Source: Candidatus Woesearchaeota archaeon
GTDB lineage: Archaea > Nanobdellota > Nanobdellia > Pacearchaeales > GW2011-AR1
DNA: 64,000 nucleotides
Direction: 5' to 3'
Assembly: GCA_964617015.1 (NCBI GenBank)
Contig: CAZTVG010000001.1
Location: forward strand, 46,584-110,583
Shown here: piece after piece, positions 26,462-35,341 of the stretch
How the letters are laid out: every line of letters begins with the position of its first letter
Position numbering within the stretch: position 1 is the first letter of the stretch
Made by a program: the position numbers and the translations under genes
The notes under the pieces: generated by a model
Database searches by the model: none
The model's input: the letters and a program-made list of their open reading frames with translations, nothing else
Told to the model about the DNA's origin: nothing

Positions 26462-28285
26462 TCATCTAAAATTTATATCAAGTCCTTTAGTTTCAAACAA
26501 TAAGTAGTTGGTTTCAAGTTTTTCAAGAGTGTCTGGTTTAGAAAGACTTTCTGCATTTATTTCAATAGTGCCGGAGTTTATCAATTCAGACTCTAAAATG
26601 AAATAATTTTGTTTTCCGCCTCCTGCTAAAGCATTTGAAATTAACTGCTCTGGGACTTCAATATCAAAACACCTCTCCTTTGTCACGCCAAACACCCCAA
26701 GGATTCCTGATTTTGGAACTTTTACGCACTGCTCTGTTGTTGTCGCTCCTATATTTATTGAGGAACTCCTGTAAATATAAACCTGAATCTCATACTGATC
26801 TTCGCCCAATTCAACTGTTCTTTGTTCAGGATAAGCAATTGTTTTTGTTGAATCCGATGAAATAAAATGAATTATTGAATTTCCGCTGTAACTTGCTCCA
26901 TCAAGTTTCAAATCAATATTTTTCGTGTAAAGCTTGTCAAGAATAATATCTATGTTTCCAGAAGAAACAGTAGAAAATAAATATCTTGCATCTTTAAATC
27001 CGTCGGCTCTCGCATGGACATAACCATTCACACATTGCGGAAAATTTTCTCTGAGTGCTCCAAAACTTGTCTCTCCTATATTGCATTTATTTCCTAAACA
27101 TTCATAAGAAATTTCTGCATCAACAGATCTTCCTTGTCTGTCTCTTGTGTTCACCTGAATTTCTGCATTTTTATATAAGCAAAGCTCTGGAACAACATTT
27201 TCAATCGCAGTTGCATTCAAAGACTCACGTGGATTATTATTTTGTAAAACAACAGCCATCGGAAACTGGAAAATCTCATCTCCATCAGAAACCTGTACTA
27301 AAACAGGATATTTTATACTGTAAACAAAATGATAAGGAACATAACAAAATCCAATAATTCCCAAACCAGGCTGGTTTCCCACAGGATTTGAAATCAAAAT
27401 GATTCCTTCAGAAGGCGAAACTTCAAAACTATTCGGCCAGTTTCGAGAATTCAGGAACCTTACTTCTTCTTCCACAGGCAAATCAACCTTAAAGTAATCA
27501 TCACTATCTACTCCTGTTTCAATTGCCAGTGTATTTGCCTCAATAGCTTCCTGAAGCTCATCAAAAACCTTATTGGCATTCCAGACTAAAGGACTGCATG
27601 TAAGTTCAACGCCGTCAACAGGAGCATATGATCTCAGTGTATCAACAGCATATTCTTCAAGAAACAGAGTTTCCTGTTCATGTTCATAAACTTTTACTGC
27701 AGAATCATATAAATTTCCTAGCTTTGATTTGACCACAATCTTATGATTTTTTACAGTGGCAGATTCATTGCCAAAAACTATATTCAAATTCATACTCAAA
27801 TCAATCTCAACCTCATCATCTTTAATATTAGAGCTTGCCTCGGGTTCTGCCAGAGAAATTTCAAATCCCTGTTCATAATAATCATTAAAATTGCAGTCAT
27901 TAATCCTTTCTTCAATGAACTCTTCAAGCTGAGTTTCCATCTCCTTTTTAGTGGGAACCTGTTCTTTTTGGATGTTGTTTCCAGAAACATAATACCAGTA
28001 AGGAATAGGATTTCCCAAAAAATTCAGTTGAGAGGAAAAAGGCATATATTGGGAACCTGGTTCAAATTCCGGCAGAAAAATATAACCTCCCTGGGATTCC
28101 AGAATGCCTGCCCCCACAGATGTATCTTCTTCAAGACAAGCCAAGAAAGCTGTATAAACAGGTTCAATATTTGCAGGTAAATCAATACTTATTAAAGAAC
28201 CTCTTAAAATAAAATAAGAAAGAACTCCTGCGAGAATAAGTATGGCAATTATAATAAATATGGTCACCTGCCCTTTATTTTTCAT
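26462..28285 (-). CDS. 607-aa exported protein with type IV pilin-like (class III) signal peptide
   Basis: N-terminus MKNKGQVTIFIIIAILILAGVLSYF (K-G-Q then hydrophobic helix, as in archaeal prepilins). Large Cys-containing extracellular domain. Confidence 0.55.
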   Translation of the reverse strand: MKNKGQVTIFIIIAILILAGVLSYFILRGSLISIDLPANIEPVYTAFLACLEEDTSVGAGILESQGGYIFLPEFEPGSQYMPFSSQLNFLGNPIPYWYYVSGNNIQKEQVPTKKEMETQLEEFIEERINDCNFNDYYEQGFEISLAEPEASSNIKDDEVEIDLSMNLNIVFGNESATVKNHKIVVKSKLGNLYDSAVKVYEHEQETLFLEEYAVDTLRSYAPVDGVELTCSPLVWNANKVFDELQEAIEANTLAIETGVDSDDYFKVDLPVEEEVRFLNSRNWPNSFEVSPSEGIILISNPVGNQPGLGIIGFCYVPYHFVYSIKYPVLVQVSDGDEIFQFPMAVVLQNNNPRESLNATAIENVVPELCLYKNAEIQVNTRDRQGRSVDAEISYECLGNKCNIGETSFGALRENFPQCVNGYVHARADGFKDARYLFSTVSSGNIDIILDKLYTKNIDLKLDGASYSGNSIIHFISSDSTKTIAYPEQRTVELGEDQYEIQVYIYRSSSINIGATTTEQCVKVPKSGILGVFGVTKERCFDIEVPEQLISNALAGGGKQNYFILESELINSGTIEINAESLSKPDTLEKLETNYLLFETKGLDINFR

Positions 28286-28531
28286 TTTTCTTCACCCCAC
28301 TGATTTTTTTCTTTATCAGTTCTATTATTTCAGTATTAATATCTTTTATTATACTATATTTGAATTTCTCCCAGAGCTTTTCATCTTCTATAAGAAGCAA
28401 ATATTTTTTCATGATACCCCTTAATCTTAATCTAAAAAAAATCTAATATATAAATGTTCCTTAATAACTTATTTACTAAGTAACTTAGTAAGCATAAAAC
28501 AATAAATGATAAGCACTAAATAAAATTAAAT

Positions 28532-28726
28532 TTAATATCTGTATCTTCCTGCCCTGAAGTAATTAATTCCTCCAAAAAGAATCAAGATTCCCCCGATAAA
28601 AATTATCCAGGGGTCTAAGCTGGACATTACTTCTGGGAGAGTAAAAATACTAAAAGGATAATTTAGAAAATACAATCCAAAAATTAGATACAGCAACAAA
28701 ACGATTAACCTAAATCTACCCCTCAT
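28532..28726 (-). CDS. small 2-TM membrane protein
   Basis: 64 aa, two hydrophobic helices. Confidence 0.3.
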   Translation of the reverse strand: MRGRFRLIVLLLYLIFGLYFLNYPFSIFTLPEVMSSLDPWIIFIGGILILFGGINYFRAGRYRY

Positions 28727-28857
28727 ATGTAAAATTAAGAAGCATCATATTTAAATATTTCTAAAGAGTTGATTTTTAAATGAGGGATTAGGGACCTATA
28801 GACTAAGTTTGATATCTAAATAGAAAGATTTATTAAGTATTGGCTCTTTAATTTTTA

Positions 28858-29898
28858 ATGCGCGAAGATAGACGAATTAAATTGAAAAAATGGCAACAAA
28901 GAGGATTAATTTTAAACGCTGCAAAAAAAACTAGTTCCATTAAGCAACTTAGTATTAAAATCAAAGTTCCTTATTCAACCTTAAAAAAATATGCTCAAGA
29001 AGTTTTCTTACTGCCAGAAAATGTATTCAAAAAACTTATAGGTTTATCCTCTATTAAAGAAGAAGAATTAGAAATTACTTACCTATCAAACAATTGGGGA
29101 AAGATAATTGGAGGAAAAAAAGGTATGGAAACTATTCAAAAAAAATATCCTGAAAAAATTTTAGAATGGAGAAAAAAAGCAATTAGAAAATCTCATTTAA
29201 ATAATGCAAAGAAAATTAAAATACCCCCTCTTAATGAAAAATTGGCTGAATTAGTTGGAGTTTATTTAGGAGATGGGACACTAACAAAATATTTTATTAG
29301 AATATCTGGAGATTGTAGATATGACATTCCCTACTTCAAGTACTTATCAGAAGTCATATATGAGCTCTTTAGCATAAACCCCTCAATTAGAAAGGAAAAA
29401 AATAGAAATACATTGTACTTAACAATACTCTCTAAAAATGTTTGTTCTTTTTTAAATAAAAATTTTGGTTTAAGATATGGTCATAAAATAAAGAATAAAA
29501 CATGCATACCAAAAAAAATTTTAGAAGATGAAAAATTATCAATTGCTTGTTTTAGAGGACTCATTGATACAGATGGTTCCATATCCAGAAGAGGTAGAAG
29601 GGGGGGCCAGTTTTGTATTCAGTTTACATCCCATAACAAAGAACTACTAAAACAAGTTCATGAGATAGGAAAAAAAATAGAAGTATTTACTTTCGGAGAT
29701 AAAACAGGATCTGGAACGAACAAACAAGAAAATATACTCAAATTCTTTAAAATTGTGGGAAGTTCTAACTTAAGGCATATTGTAAGATTCCATCAAAGAT
29801 TTTACAAGAATAAAACACTTTATCAAAGAGATGTATTAAAGCATTATGAAAAACCTTTTTATATTAATCTAACCCTTCCATTTAAGGTGGCCTTGTAA
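28858..29898 (+). CDS. free-standing LAGLIDADG-family endonuclease-like protein with N-terminal HTH
   Basis: 346 aa. Two LAGLIDADG motifs, LAELVGVYLGDGTL and FRGLIDTDGSI. Very AT-rich gene. Stop codon overlaps the 5' end of a tRNA-Val-like element. Confidence 0.6.
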   Translation: MREDRRIKLKKWQQRGLILNAAKKTSSIKQLSIKIKVPYSTLKKYAQEVFLLPENVFKKLIGLSSIKEEELEITYLSNNWGKIIGGKKGMETIQKKYPEKILEWRKKAIRKSHLNNAKKIKIPPLNEKLAELVGVYLGDGTLTKYFIRISGDCRYDIPYFKYLSEVIYELFSINPSIRKEKNRNTLYLTILSKNVCSFLNKNFGLRYGHKIKNKTCIPKKILEDEKLSIACFRGLIDTDGSISRRGRRGGQFCIQFTSHNKELLKQVHEIGKKIEVFTFGDKTGSGTNKQENILKFFKIVGSSNLRHIVRFHQRFYKNKTLYQRDVLKHYEKPFYINLTLPFKVAL

Positions 29899-29961
29899 GC
29901 TAGTGGTAAACTGTATCCTTGACGTGGATGAATCCCCAGTTCGATTCTGGGCGGGGCCATT
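29889..29961 (+). tRNA. tRNA-Val (GAC)-like; 3' two-thirds canonical, 5'/D-arm non-canonical
   Basis: Anticodon arm TATCC-TTGACGT-GGATG, T-arm CCCAG-TTCGATT-CTGGG, acceptor 3' CGGGGCC-A. The 5' strand GGCCTTG pairs with two GU, and the D-arm cannot be folded canonically. Confidence 0.45.
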
Positions 29962-30022
29962 TTATCAACAACCTTTAAAGTTAACGTCACCTAAAGAATA
30001 GATTTTTAAGATAAATTGCTTT

Positions 30023-30976
30023 TTGTTAGGCATGGCATGTATTACAGGAAGAGGAATAAAATCAATTAATAATTCTGTTTTTGAAGCATCTTCTTTCCTA
30101 AAACTTTACAATGAAATGAACAATAAATTTTTTGGTATCATAAACAAGGAGATTAATATTGCAAAAAGAAAAACTCCGAATAGATTAGAAAATCTAATAA
30201 AAATTAAAAAATCGTTGGGAAAAACAAGCAAAGAAGAAATTTTCAAGATTCAAAAGAAAATTAATTGGATTACAGAGATAATAAAATCAGAAATGGACGT
30301 TCCAATACAGTTTTTCCTGTCCGGTTCAATTATAAAAGGTACTTATGTTCATGGTTTAAGTGATATTGATATTTTGATTTTCTTGAATAAAAAAGATTTG
30401 TCTAATGCAAAACCAAAAATAATTCAAAATAGGATATTAAATATTCTAAAAAAGTATTTTTCTAAACAAAATATGAAAAAAGATAAAGAAGCGGTTAATG
30501 TTTTTATTAATAAAAACCATGTTAAAGTACAAATAGTTCCAGCAGTATTTAAGAACGAAAAAATATTTTTTCCCACAATAGGTGGAGAAAGATGGAAAAG
30601 AATAAATCCAGATATATTCTCTAATTTATTGAAAGAACAAGATAAGAAACTCAAAAGGAAACTTACCCTTTCTATAAGGATAGCTAAAATTATTATGTCA
30701 AATTTTTCAAAGAATTATTGTTTAACTAGCCATCACCTAGAAGTTTTATCTTATTTATCCTCTAAAAACTCAAAAAATAAAAGTATTCTGGATTTACTTT
30801 CAAATATTTTTTCATATTCTTCAAACAGAATTATGGGACCTGTAAAAGATAGTTCAAGGCAAGTTAAATCTATTGATGAATATTTGGGTCCTAAAGGAAA
30901 TCTAAAAAGAAAAAGAATATCTAATAAATTAAAAGAAATTTCAGAAAAGATAAACAAAGAGGAAATAAATATATGA
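30023..30976 (+). CDS. Pol-beta superfamily nucleotidyltransferase (cGAS/DncV-like or archaeal CCA-like fold) with Gln at third catalytic position
   Basis: 317 aa. GS..G..hSDhDh signature FFLSGSIIKGTYVHGLSDIDILIF. A beta-strand HVKVQIVPAVF about 60 aa later corresponds to the hDhhPA strand, but Q replaces the acidic residue. Confidence 0.5.
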   Translation: MLGMACITGRGIKSINNSVFEASSFLKLYNEMNNKFFGIINKEINIAKRKTPNRLENLIKIKKSLGKTSKEEIFKIQKKINWITEIIKSEMDVPIQFFLSGSIIKGTYVHGLSDIDILIFLNKKDLSNAKPKIIQNRILNILKKYFSKQNMKKDKEAVNVFINKNHVKVQIVPAVFKNEKIFFPTIGGERWKRINPDIFSNLLKEQDKKLKRKLTLSIRIAKIIMSNFSKNYCLTSHHLEVLSYLSSKNSKNKSILDLLSNIFSYSSNRIMGPVKDSSRQVKSIDEYLGPKGNLKRKRISNKLKEISEKINKEEINI

Positions 30977-32328
30977 AAAAAGAGATAAATCCTTGGTTGC
31001 CTTGGAAAGATACAATCAGACTTCCTGCTTCTACAGACAAAGGAAACATATTAGTAATTATCCCAACTGCCGGAAATGATATAGAAATGCTTAGAAAATG
31101 TTTAGATTCGCTTAAATTTGCTGCGAGTGGAAAAGGCATCCATGTTGTAATTGTTTTATCACCAACAGCGTTAAAAAAGAAAGAAAAGCTAGAAAAGTTA
31201 TTTGGGAAAGATGCCGAAATAATTTCACTAAGAGGGTCTTTCAATTATTGTCGTAGCATTAATACTGGATTGTCTTTTAGAAATAAAAAAGACAGATATG
31301 CTTTATTTTTGAATGATGATGTAACTTTTACAAAAAAAGGAGACTTGCATGAACTCAAAAAAACTTTAAGAAAACAAAGATGGGCATGTGTGGGTCCTTT
31401 CATAAATTACAATCCAAACCGCTATGATCCTACATGGCCTAAAGAAAAATCTAGTTTAGGTGTAGTACCAAGGACATCTGGAGCAATTAGAACCAACCTA
31501 CCTCTAAGTGGGTCTTGTTCATTATGGGACCTAGAATGGTTAGATAAGATTGGTAAACTTGACGAGGAATTTGGAAGGGGTTGGGGAATGGATGAAGCTG
31601 ATTTATGTATCCGAGTATTAAGACTTGGAGCAAGATATGGGCGTCAAGATACAGTAACAATTAATCATATTATGCACGCTACACTTGGAGAGAAATTTAC
31701 AAGATATACTGGACCTGTTCACATGCGAAGCTTAAACTATTTCAAAAAGAAATATGGAAAAGAAATTGAAGAATGGGGTAAAAGCTATCATTGGTTTCCC
31801 CTCCCGGGAATACAGGTCATAATGTTTCCATGCAAAAATCAAAGAAAATTTAGAGATTGCTTGAATAAAATTGAGCGGGATTTAGAGGGTTTTCGATGGA
31901 TTTTGTTAGTAGGAGACAATACTAATAAAGAAATAATATACAACACAGCCAAAAAACATTGCCAAAAAAACTCCAGCGCAGATAAATGCATAATAAGAAA
32001 ATTTGATAACAAAAAGTTATATAGTAAAGATATTTTTAAGAAGATAGTAATTATTAAATCTCCTATAGGAGAACAATATCCTGTAATATATCTAGTTGAT
32101 GCAAATAAAAAAATACCTGGAAGCTATGTAAAGGAGTTACTTTGGCAAATTAGAGATAAAGGGATTTTAGCAGGAAAAATTGGAAAAGAGAAAACTATTT
32201 CTGAAGAGATCTTTCCAAATATAAAATTTGTGAAATTTAAAACTAAACATAAAAAATATAATCATGTGAGTGGTTCAATATTTCACATTAAAACCATAAT
32301 AAAAAATTCAAATGAAAAGATACATTAA
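30973..32328 (+). CDS. glycosyltransferase family 2 (GT-A) with C-terminal extra domain
   Basis: 451 aa. ILVIIPTAGN...FLNDDVTF (DxD). Start overlaps the NTase stop (ATGA). Confidence 0.65.
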   Translation: MKKEINPWLPWKDTIRLPASTDKGNILVIIPTAGNDIEMLRKCLDSLKFAASGKGIHVVIVLSPTALKKKEKLEKLFGKDAEIISLRGSFNYCRSINTGLSFRNKKDRYALFLNDDVTFTKKGDLHELKKTLRKQRWACVGPFINYNPNRYDPTWPKEKSSLGVVPRTSGAIRTNLPLSGSCSLWDLEWLDKIGKLDEEFGRGWGMDEADLCIRVLRLGARYGRQDTVTINHIMHATLGEKFTRYTGPVHMRSLNYFKKKYGKEIEEWGKSYHWFPLPGIQVIMFPCKNQRKFRDCLNKIERDLEGFRWILLVGDNTNKEIIYNTAKKHCQKNSSADKCIIRKFDNKKLYSKDIFKKIVIIKSPIGEQYPVIYLVDANKKIPGSYVKELLWQIRDKGILAGKIGKEKTISEEIFPNIKFVKFKTKHKKYNHVSGSIFHIKTIIKNSNEKIH

Positions 32329-33136
32329 ATCAAACAAATCATTGTGGGATGAATTAACATCAATACATAAAGAGGAGAATAATCTTTATTCAATTCGGGA
32401 TTTTAAATCTGGAAAAACAACATTATCAAAAACAGAGGTTAAAGAGTTAGGAGATATTTCTGGAAAAACAATATTACATTTGCAATGCCATTTTGGATTA
32501 GACACATTATCCTTGACTAGAATGGGAGCAAAAGTTACAGGGATTGATTTTTCAAAGAAATCAATTGAATTGGCAAGATCTTTGAGTGAAGAATTAGGAA
32601 TTAATGCAAAATTTATATGCGCAGATGTATATGGCTTGCCCAAAATTTTAAAAGAAAAGTTTGATGTAGTCTTTACTTCTTATGGAGTTTTGTTATGGTT
32701 ACCAGATTTAAAAAAGTGGGCAAAAATAATTTCACATTTTTTGAAACCTAAAGGGGCTTTTTATATTATTGAAGGTCATCCTTTTAGTATGGTTTTAAAA
32801 AATGTTGGGAAGGAGATTAATTTATCAGTCAAGAAATCCTATTTTCATTCTTCAAGACCCCTAGAAGGAAAAAAAGAGAAAGATTATACAAACAAAAGAA
32901 AACAATTAAAAAATATCGCTTACACATGGACTCATAGTATTAGTGATGTAATTAATTCATTAATCTCGGCAGGTTTAAGAATTGATTATTTGCATGAATT
33001 TCCTTACTCCCGTGAAGTTAATTATCCGAATATGGAATTAAAAAAAGATGGTTGGTGGTTTAAAGGCAAAAAGAAAATTATCCCCTTAATGTTCTCAATT
33101 CATGCAACAAAAGAGGTTGAGAAAAGTAAAAAATGA
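32312..33136 (+). CDS. class I SAM-dependent methyltransferase
   Basis: 274 aa. Motif I region KTILHLQCHFGLDTLSLTRMGAKVTGIDFS. Confidence 0.6.
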   Translation: MKRYIKSNKSLWDELTSIHKEENNLYSIRDFKSGKTTLSKTEVKELGDISGKTILHLQCHFGLDTLSLTRMGAKVTGIDFSKKSIELARSLSEELGINAKFICADVYGLPKILKEKFDVVFTSYGVLLWLPDLKKWAKIISHFLKPKGAFYIIEGHPFSMVLKNVGKEINLSVKKSYFHSSRPLEGKKEKDYTNKRKQLKNIAYTWTHSISDVINSLISAGLRIDYLHEFPYSREVNYPNMELKKDGWWFKGKKKIIPLMFSIHATKEVEKSKK

Positions 33137-33684
33137 AAAAAGTAACAATAATAATTCAGGCAATACCTTTTTGTTTTGGTCCCGGAGCACAAACATTGGC
33201 AATAGGGAACCAATTGCGATCAATTCTTGGTAAAAAATTGAATCTTATTGCATTGGGGACAGGTACAACCTATGAATTTCTCAAAAAATCAAAAACCTTT
33301 GATAAGATATATGAATATTCCTCAGAAGAAAAAACTATTCCCAATAAAATAAAATCTCTTTTATTGTCATCAGATAAGATAGTTTGTATAGGAGATTTTG
33401 AATTCATAAATAAAGTTAATACACTTGGAAAGGGAGTTGAATTTGTTGACCCTTTATTTTGGATGTGGAATAAATTTCCATCAAACATAAATTATTGCAA
33501 CAAATACTATGCCGTTGATTTTCCAGGAGTAAAAAAACGCGTAAAAGAATATATAAAAAGATTTCCTAAAAGTTTAAAACCAACTATTGTAAATCAAATA
33601 TGTGAATATTCTAAAAGAAAAAAGAGAAAGCATTATGATACAATCATTGTACAATTTGGCGGATACAAAATCCTAGGGGGATAA
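33133..33684 (+). CDS. GT-B glycosyltransferase N-terminal (Alg14/MurG-N-like) half
   Basis: 183 aa. MKKVTIIIQAIPFCFGPGAQTLAIGNQL glycine-rich loop. Confidence 0.45.
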   Translation: MKKVTIIIQAIPFCFGPGAQTLAIGNQLRSILGKKLNLIALGTGTTYEFLKKSKTFDKIYEYSSEEKTIPNKIKSLLLSSDKIVCIGDFEFINKVNTLGKGVEFVDPLFWMWNKFPSNINYCNKYYAVDFPGVKKRVKEYIKRFPKSLKPTIVNQICEYSKRKKRKHYDTIIVQFGGYKILGG

Positions 33685-33782
33685 ACATAGATTTAATTAT
33701 TGCGACGGTTGAAGAAATATCGAATAGTATAAAGAACATTCCAGAATTAAAGAAAGTATTTGTTCGTGGAGGATCTAAAGTT

Positions 33783-34328
33783 ATGAAAATTGTTCGAAAA
33801 AAGGCAAGAGATCTAGATCCCAGAATAGAAATTGGAACATCCTACCATAAAGATTTTCTTAAAGAACTATCTTCATGTAAAGCGTTATTAACAGTTCCCG
33901 GAATGTCTATTGTTTATGAAGCTTTTGCGGGTAAAATTCCATTAATGTTTATCTTACCTTTAAATTATACCCAACATAGACAATTGATTGCCTATAAAAA
34001 AATCTTCAAAAATTTTGAATATGTTTCATGGGAAAATTTCGAGGGATATAGAACTCTTCCAGAAAAAATTCCAGAAGAAATGGCTATTAGTGAAGCGATA
34101 AACATGGGAAAATGTTTTTTTAGTGATGCTAAAACACGAATTAAATTTAGAAAAGAAATAATTAATTTCTTAACCAAGCAAAAATATGAAGTCTTAACGG
34201 TGAAAAAGCATAATAATAGAAATCAAAAGATTAAGATAGATGGAGCAAAAGAGATTGCAGAAGATTTGGTTAAAGAAATTTTGCGTGCTAAGACTTATAA
34301 AAAACATATCAAAAAGGTTATAAAGTGA
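33783..34328 (+). CDS. GT-B glycosyltransferase C-terminal (Alg13/MurG-C-like) half
   Basis: 181 aa. ALLTVPGMSIVYEAFAGKIPLMFILPLNYTQHRQL matches the glyco_tran_28_C pattern. Confidence 0.5.
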   Translation: MKIVRKKARDLDPRIEIGTSYHKDFLKELSSCKALLTVPGMSIVYEAFAGKIPLMFILPLNYTQHRQLIAYKKIFKNFEYVSWENFEGYRTLPEKIPEEMAISEAINMGKCFFSDAKTRIKFRKEIINFLTKQKYEVLTVKKHNNRNQKIKIDGAKEIAEDLVKEILRAKTYKKHIKKVIK

Positions 34329-34345
34329 TTCTTCAGTTTAATTTC

Positions 34346-34660
34346 ATGAAAATTCCAAAAATAACTAATAGATACTGTCCATACTGTAACAAAAAAACAA
34401 AACAAAAAATAAAATTAGTTGGTACAGGATTCAAAAGAGGTACACTAACACGTGGAAGTAAATCAAGAGCAAGATTAAGAGGACAGAGTAGGGGGATGGG
34501 AAATCAGGGGAAGTACTCCAAACCCGCAGTATCAAAATTCAAGAGAAAATCCAAGACAACTAAAAAAACAAATTTTCTTTATATCTGCGAAGTTTGTGGG
34601 AAGGGAAAATATCGCGCAGGTCACAGAAATAAAAGAACAGGGAAGGTAATACAAGAATAA
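34346..34660 (+). CDS. rpl44e: ribosomal protein eL42 (L44e)
   Basis: MKIPKITNRYCPYCNKKTKQK...YICEVCGKGKYRAGHRNKR (two CxxC pairs, L44e pattern). Start moved to the internal Met. Confidence 0.75.
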   Translation: MKIPKITNRYCPYCNKKTKQKIKLVGTGFKRGTLTRGSKSRARLRGQSRGMGNQGKYSKPAVSKFKRKSKTTKKTNFLYICEVCGKGKYRAGHRNKRTGKVIQE

Positions 34661-34783
34661 AAAGAAAATGTTAAATAAAAATAAGATAAATGTAAGTATA
34701 AATTCAGCAAAGCTTGACATAATGGATTTTTACCTTAACAAAAATAAATCAAACTCTGCGAAGCAGGCAATTTCAAATTAAAA

Positions 34784-35341
34784 ATGGCACAAGCAAAAAA
34801 AAGACAGAAATTTTTTGATGTGAGTATTCCCATCTTAGAAAAAGAAACCCAGTTATATGGATATGGCCTTAAGGACCTAGAAGGAAGATACATAAAATAT
34901 GACTTAACAAGGCTATTAAGAGGTAAAAGCATACTTCTTCAGTTAAAAGTCAAGATTCAGGAAGACAAAGCAGTTGCAGAACCCAGAGAACTGAGAGTTA
35001 TGCCTTACTTTATCAGAAGAATGATGAGAAAGGGAACAAATTATGTTGAAGATTCTTTTTCTGCAGAGTGCAAAGACGCCCAGGTAAGAATAAAACCTTT
35101 TTTTATAACAAGAAAAAAAGTTTCAAGGGCTGTCAGAAAAGCTCTCAGAGAGAGAGCAAAAGAAGAACTAATAAACTATGTAAAAAACAAAAGTGTAAAC
35201 GTGCTTTTTGAGGAAATTATGAAAAACAAAATTCAAAAACCCCTGAGTCTAAAACTGAAAAAAATTTATCCCCTCTCATTGTGTGAAATAAGGGTTTTCA
35301 AAGTTGAAAGATATTTAGAAAGTAAGGAAAAAGAGAAATAA
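34784..35341 (+). CDS. rps3ae: ribosomal protein eS1 (S3Ae)
   Basis: 185 aa. MAQAKKRQKFFDVSIPILEKETQLYGYG...RVMPYF pattern of S3Ae. Confidence 0.65.
   Translation: MAQAKKRQKFFDVSIPILEKETQLYGYGLKDLEGRYIKYDLTRLLRGKSILLQLKVKIQEDKAVAEPRELRVMPYFIRRMMRKGTNYVEDSFSAECKDAQVRIKPFFITRKKVSRAVRKALRERAKEELINYVKNKSVNVLFEEIMKNKIQKPLSLKLKKIYPLSLCEIRVFKVERYLESKEKEK

Noticed and set aside
34660-34784. Expected rps27e between rpl44e and rps3ae
   Set aside because: No Zn-ribbon ORF is present in the 124-nt spacer. The gene is absent here.
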